Assembly (NCBI RefSeq): GCF_009914755.1
Contig: NC_060940.1
Length of the DNA: 64,000 bases
Source: the human T2T-CHM13v2.0 reference genome, Homo sapiens
Strand: one strand, 5' to 3'
The stretch's first letter is position 1. The number at the start of each line of letters is the position of its first letter. This document shows positions 59,402-64,000 of this stretch, one piece after another. The notes beneath the pieces were generated by a model, which made no database searches, was not told the DNA's origin, and was given only the letters and a program-made list of their open reading frames with translations. The position numbers were made by a program, and so were the translations under genes.

Positions 59402-59741
59402 CTTACCATTTCTTTCTTCATTTTACTGAGTGTGTATGAGTAATGCTATTCACCTTTCTTTCCACTCTGTTGCATCTTAAGAGCTCAGAAGCCCCTGTAA
59501 ACACTTGAAAGAAGATCAGGAATTATACCAGATAGCTTAGTCTAACAGTCCAGTACTACTTTACCATGGTTGCACCTAATTTGAGAAATTTATGGACCTT
59601 GATCTCAAAGACTATTTTGGCATTTTTTTTTTTTTTTGCTTTATTTTATCTTTCTCGCTTAATGTGTGAGGACAAGGGATAGTGGTTCTTGATTTGTTTG
59701 ATTGAATTGTATCCTCTAGAATTGTTTCAATAAAAAAAACC

Positions 59742-59866
59742 AGGGATCTTTTTTGAGTATTGGAAACATTCTAAAATTGCTTTAGCATGATGGTTGTACA
59801 ACTCTCTAAATATTTTTAAAAATAATTGTGTATGTAAGTGTTATAGTATGTAAATTATACCTCAAT
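59742..59866 (+). mobile_element. L1M 3'UTR fragment
   Basis: GGAAACATTCTAAAATTG...GATGGTTGTACAACTCT...GTATGTAAATTATACCTCAAT. Confidence 0.75.
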
Positions 59867-60312
59867 TGTTCTGCTTTTTGAAAAGATAAGTGAGAGGAGG
59901 CAAAAGGAAGAGATGTACATGAGGGATGGTTTGGAGGAGGAGGGAGTTGCTACACAGGGATTCAGTAGCCAAGGGAAAAACTCAGGGCAGATGAGATCAA
60001 ATTCACATTATTTTTAGGAGAATGCAGCATTATTCCTCTAAATATCTTGGAATGTAATAGAAGCATTTCATCACAGAATTTTCTGATATTTTTCTTTCTT
60101 CTATACACTCAGCAAATGACATCAATTTTGGCCACACAAAATGAAATAATGTATAAATCTCTTTTCTAATTTACAAAAGTCTACCCAATGATTCTACATT
60201 ATTTTTAAGTTCTATCTTGTATTGAAATAATTTAATTTGCGTATTTAATGAAGTTGCTATGATAATATGAATAATTTAAATTTTTCCTCTTGTTAATCCT
60301 TCAATTATTCAC

Positions 60313-60789
60313 TTTTTAAATTTTGACTTTAAAATCTAAGTCTAAAATCTAAGTCTAAAAAGACTCAGGAGGTAGATGTGCAAGTTTGTTACATGGATTT
60401 ATTGTGTAACACTGAGGTTTGGGATATGAATGATCCCATCACCCACGTAATTACCATAGTGCCCAGTAGGTTGTTTTCCAGCTCCCCTGGCCTCTCTGTC
60501 TATCCTCCCTCTAGTAGTCCCCAGTATCTATCATTCCTATCTTTATGTCCTTGTGCTCCCACTTATAAGAGAAAACATGTAGTATTTGATTTTCTGTTCC
60601 TGCATTAATTTGCTTAGGATAATGGCCTCCATCTGATCTGCATTCCTGTTGCTGCAGAGGACATGATTTTATTAATTTCACGGCTGTGTAGTATTTCATG
60701 GTGTATATAAACCACACTTTCTTTATCCAAACCACTGTTGATAGGCACCTAGGTTGACTCTATGTCTTTGCTCTTGAAAATAGTGCTGC
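60313..60789 (-). mobile_element. L1PA15/16-like 3' end
   Basis: GTTTGTTACATGG...TGAATGATCCCATCACCCA...TGCATTAATTTGCTTAGGATAATGGCCTCCA. Confidence 0.9.
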
Positions 60790-60931
60790 CTTACTCATTC
60801 TTTTATTTTACTTTATGTTTATCTCAGATTTCTGCTTCCGGGAAAATGGGGTAGGTATCCTTATTCTCCCTGTTGTGTATAACTAAAAATCTTAGACATT
60901 ATATGTAAACAAACATAAGAAGACACTAAGG

Positions 60932-61230
<299 letters not shown>

Positions 61231-62652
61231 AGGAGGCACTAAGGTGTTGAAAAGAAAGCAGACTGTTGAGGAAACTCAGAAGCAAAGAAATAACATAGTA
61301 ATAAATTGTCTGGATTTTTGATTTGCCTCTTATATCCCCAAAAGCCAGCAAAATGGGAATCCAATGAGATGTGAGAAAAACAATCCCCAATTTTTCCAAA
61401 GTAACAGCTCTACTACACCAAATACCCCAGAAAAAAAATTGATGCCACTCTTACCCATTTAAAAAGAAAAAAACTGAGTGTGGATCTTAGACTTCCACCC
61501 TTGCCAGGCTATAATGAGATTTTCATTCAAGGTAGGCATTCATGAGCACCAACCCTACGTGGTGTCAGTGGAGACCAAGTAGAGAGTTTGTACTTCCAGT
61601 AAACTTGACAGTCATTTGGTGCCCTTGCTCTCCCTACTGGGACGGTGGTAGAAGAAACCTTATGGAAAATCAGGATTTTCAATCACTGCCCAGAGATAAT
61701 GAGGCCACACCTCGCCCTGTGGCATCGATAGAGACTAATTGAAGCACGAATGAGGATACCCTATGCCTTACAAGCCAAGTGTGTGTCTGTGAAGTCCTAT
61801 ATCACCTATGATCAGCATTACTGAGAAACCCTCTCATTGGTGTCAACAGATGCTTTATAGGAAACCTGGACTTCTATTTATACCTGGAAGTAACAAGGAA
61901 GCACTCACTTCTTTCTCTGATGGTACCATCAGAGTGATATTGGAGAAAGCCAGCTAAAATGGAAAATTTAAATACAATCCAGAGTCTAATAACACAATAA
62001 CTCAGCAATGAGTGATTCAATAGAAAATCACTCATCATTCCAAAAACCAGAAAGATCTCAAACTGAATGAAAAACAATCTCTAGAGGCTAACACCAAGAT
62101 GAACAAAATATTAGAATTATCTGGAAAACATATTAGAACAGCCATCACAAAAATCCTTCAATTAGTAGTTACAAACACACTGAAAAAATTTAAAAAGAAG
62201 TCTCAGCAAAGAAATGGAATACCTCAACCCAAAAAAAGAACAAGAAAAAGTAAATAAAAAATAGAACTTGATGGAAATTCTAAAACTGAAAAAAAAATGA
62301 AATAAAAAAATGAATGAGATTAGCAGCAGAATAGAGGACATAGAAAAAAATTGTTGAACTAGAAAGAAAACAATCAAAATTACACTATCTGAACTACAAA
62401 GAGAACATAAATTAAAGCAAAGGAACAGAAGCTCAGGGACCTGAGGAAACGTAAAAGATGACATCCATGTTATCAGCATTCCAGAAATTGAAGAAAAAAT
62501 GAGTAGGGCTAAGAAATATTAAAAGGAATAATGCCTAAAAACTTTCCAAATTGTTCAAAAGAAACAAACCCATGGATTCAAGTGGCTAAGTAAACCCCAA
62601 ATAGGATAAACCTTAAAAAATCCACACCAAGAACATCATAGTCAATCGTCTG

Positions 62653-62709
62653 AAAACTAAAGACAAAGTAAAAAACTAAAGACAAAGTAAAAAACTAAAG
62701 ACAAAGTAA
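62653..62709. repeat. 3 x 19-bp perfect tandem repeat
   Basis: AAAACTAAAGACAAAGTAA x3. Confidence 0.97.
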
Positions 62710-63041
62710 AAAGACACAATAATTTACCTTAGGGGACACTTTGAATAACAGTAGATTTATTATCAGAAACCATGGAGACCAGAAGAAAGTGGCACGACAT
62801 GCTTTAAAGGCTAAAAGACCTACTAACTCAGCAAAATTATCCTCCTCTTGAGTTTTCTAAATTATATTTGATGCTTGAAGCAATAATTATAATACTATTT
62901 GATATGGTTCTAAATGTATGTAGAGGAAATATTTAATACAATTATATCACAATCCTTAGAGAGTAAAAAAGTGTAAATAGAGGTAGGATTTATACATTTC
63001 ACTAGTAATGGCAAAATGATAACACCCATAGACTTGATAAT

Positions 63042-63113
63042 ATTATATAAATATGTATGAGTATATATATATATATGTATGCATATGTGTATGTACGCAT
63101 ATATGTGTATACA
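63042..63113. repeat. (TA)/(TATG)-rich microsatellite inside L1M
   Basis: Direct reading. Confidence 0.85.
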
Positions 63114-63420
63114 TAATAACTTCATCAACTACTTAAAAAGCTATACAAAGAAATATACTCATAAATAGTATAAATATATATATATATATTTTTAAAATCT
63201 TCCAATAATACACAGAAAGGCAGGAAAAAAAATGGCAAGACAAATAAAAAACTAAAGAACAAACAGAAACAAAAAAAACCAAGGTGGACTTAAGCCCTAA
63301 AATAATGAATTTGAAATTAAATGCAAATAGTTTAAATATACTAAGGAAGGAGAATTTCAGGGCTTCAGTGGGAGTGAAACTGGCACTGTAACCCATCAGA
63401 AGGGAACAACAAGGAAATGC

Positions 63421-63759
<339 letters not shown>

Positions 63760-64000
63760 TGAGCACTTAGTCTTGTGTGGTAAAGGTCTGAACCCATAGC
63801 TCTTTCCAGAATTGTTGGATTTACTGAAAGTGTTACAGATTAGCATTCACATTACAAAGAATCGTCCAAGATTATACATTTCCAAGATTAAGCATCTTTC
63901 CAGTGCAGGGCCAGCATACAACCTAAGAACAGTTGCCCCTTTTTAACCCTTTCACCCAGGAGATTTTTTTCCAGTTCAGGAGAGAAACTGGTACAGAGAA

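Overview
AT-rich primate (human or close ape) non-coding DNA. I recognise no host protein-coding exon, RNA gene or CpG island. The ORF track consists of Alu, L1 and ERV remnants or chance ORFs. Roughly half the window is transposon-derived: about 17 Alus or Alu fragments, L1s ranging from L1PA3/4-like to L1MC-like, L2/MIR/MER5 relics, MaLR/ERVL/ERV1 solo LTRs, and one 6-kb ERV1 element. Subfamily names come from recalled consensus sequences and need RepeatMasker/Dfam confirmation. Highlights: (1) The ERV1 at 45807-51792 has an RNA-shaped R-U5-internal-U3-R structure. It starts about 30 nt after the TATA-equivalent position and ends 18 nt after AATAAA with a purine tail, which suggests an L1-retroposed retroviral processed pseudogene of a PBS-Pro, MER52/LTR27/HUERS-type family. 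It has a templated fold-back 5' junction. (2) A ~290-bp stretch of unique DNA (36526-36815) was copied in inverted orientation into an MLT1A LTR 575 bp away (37390-37676), creating a ~87%-identical non-TE hairpin. (3) A four-level nested TE stack was cut by one deletion. (4) There is a twin-primed L1, an internally deleted L1PB4 and a tail-less Alu fragment. (5) Small 'copy / inverted copy / copy' template-switch scars recur across the window.
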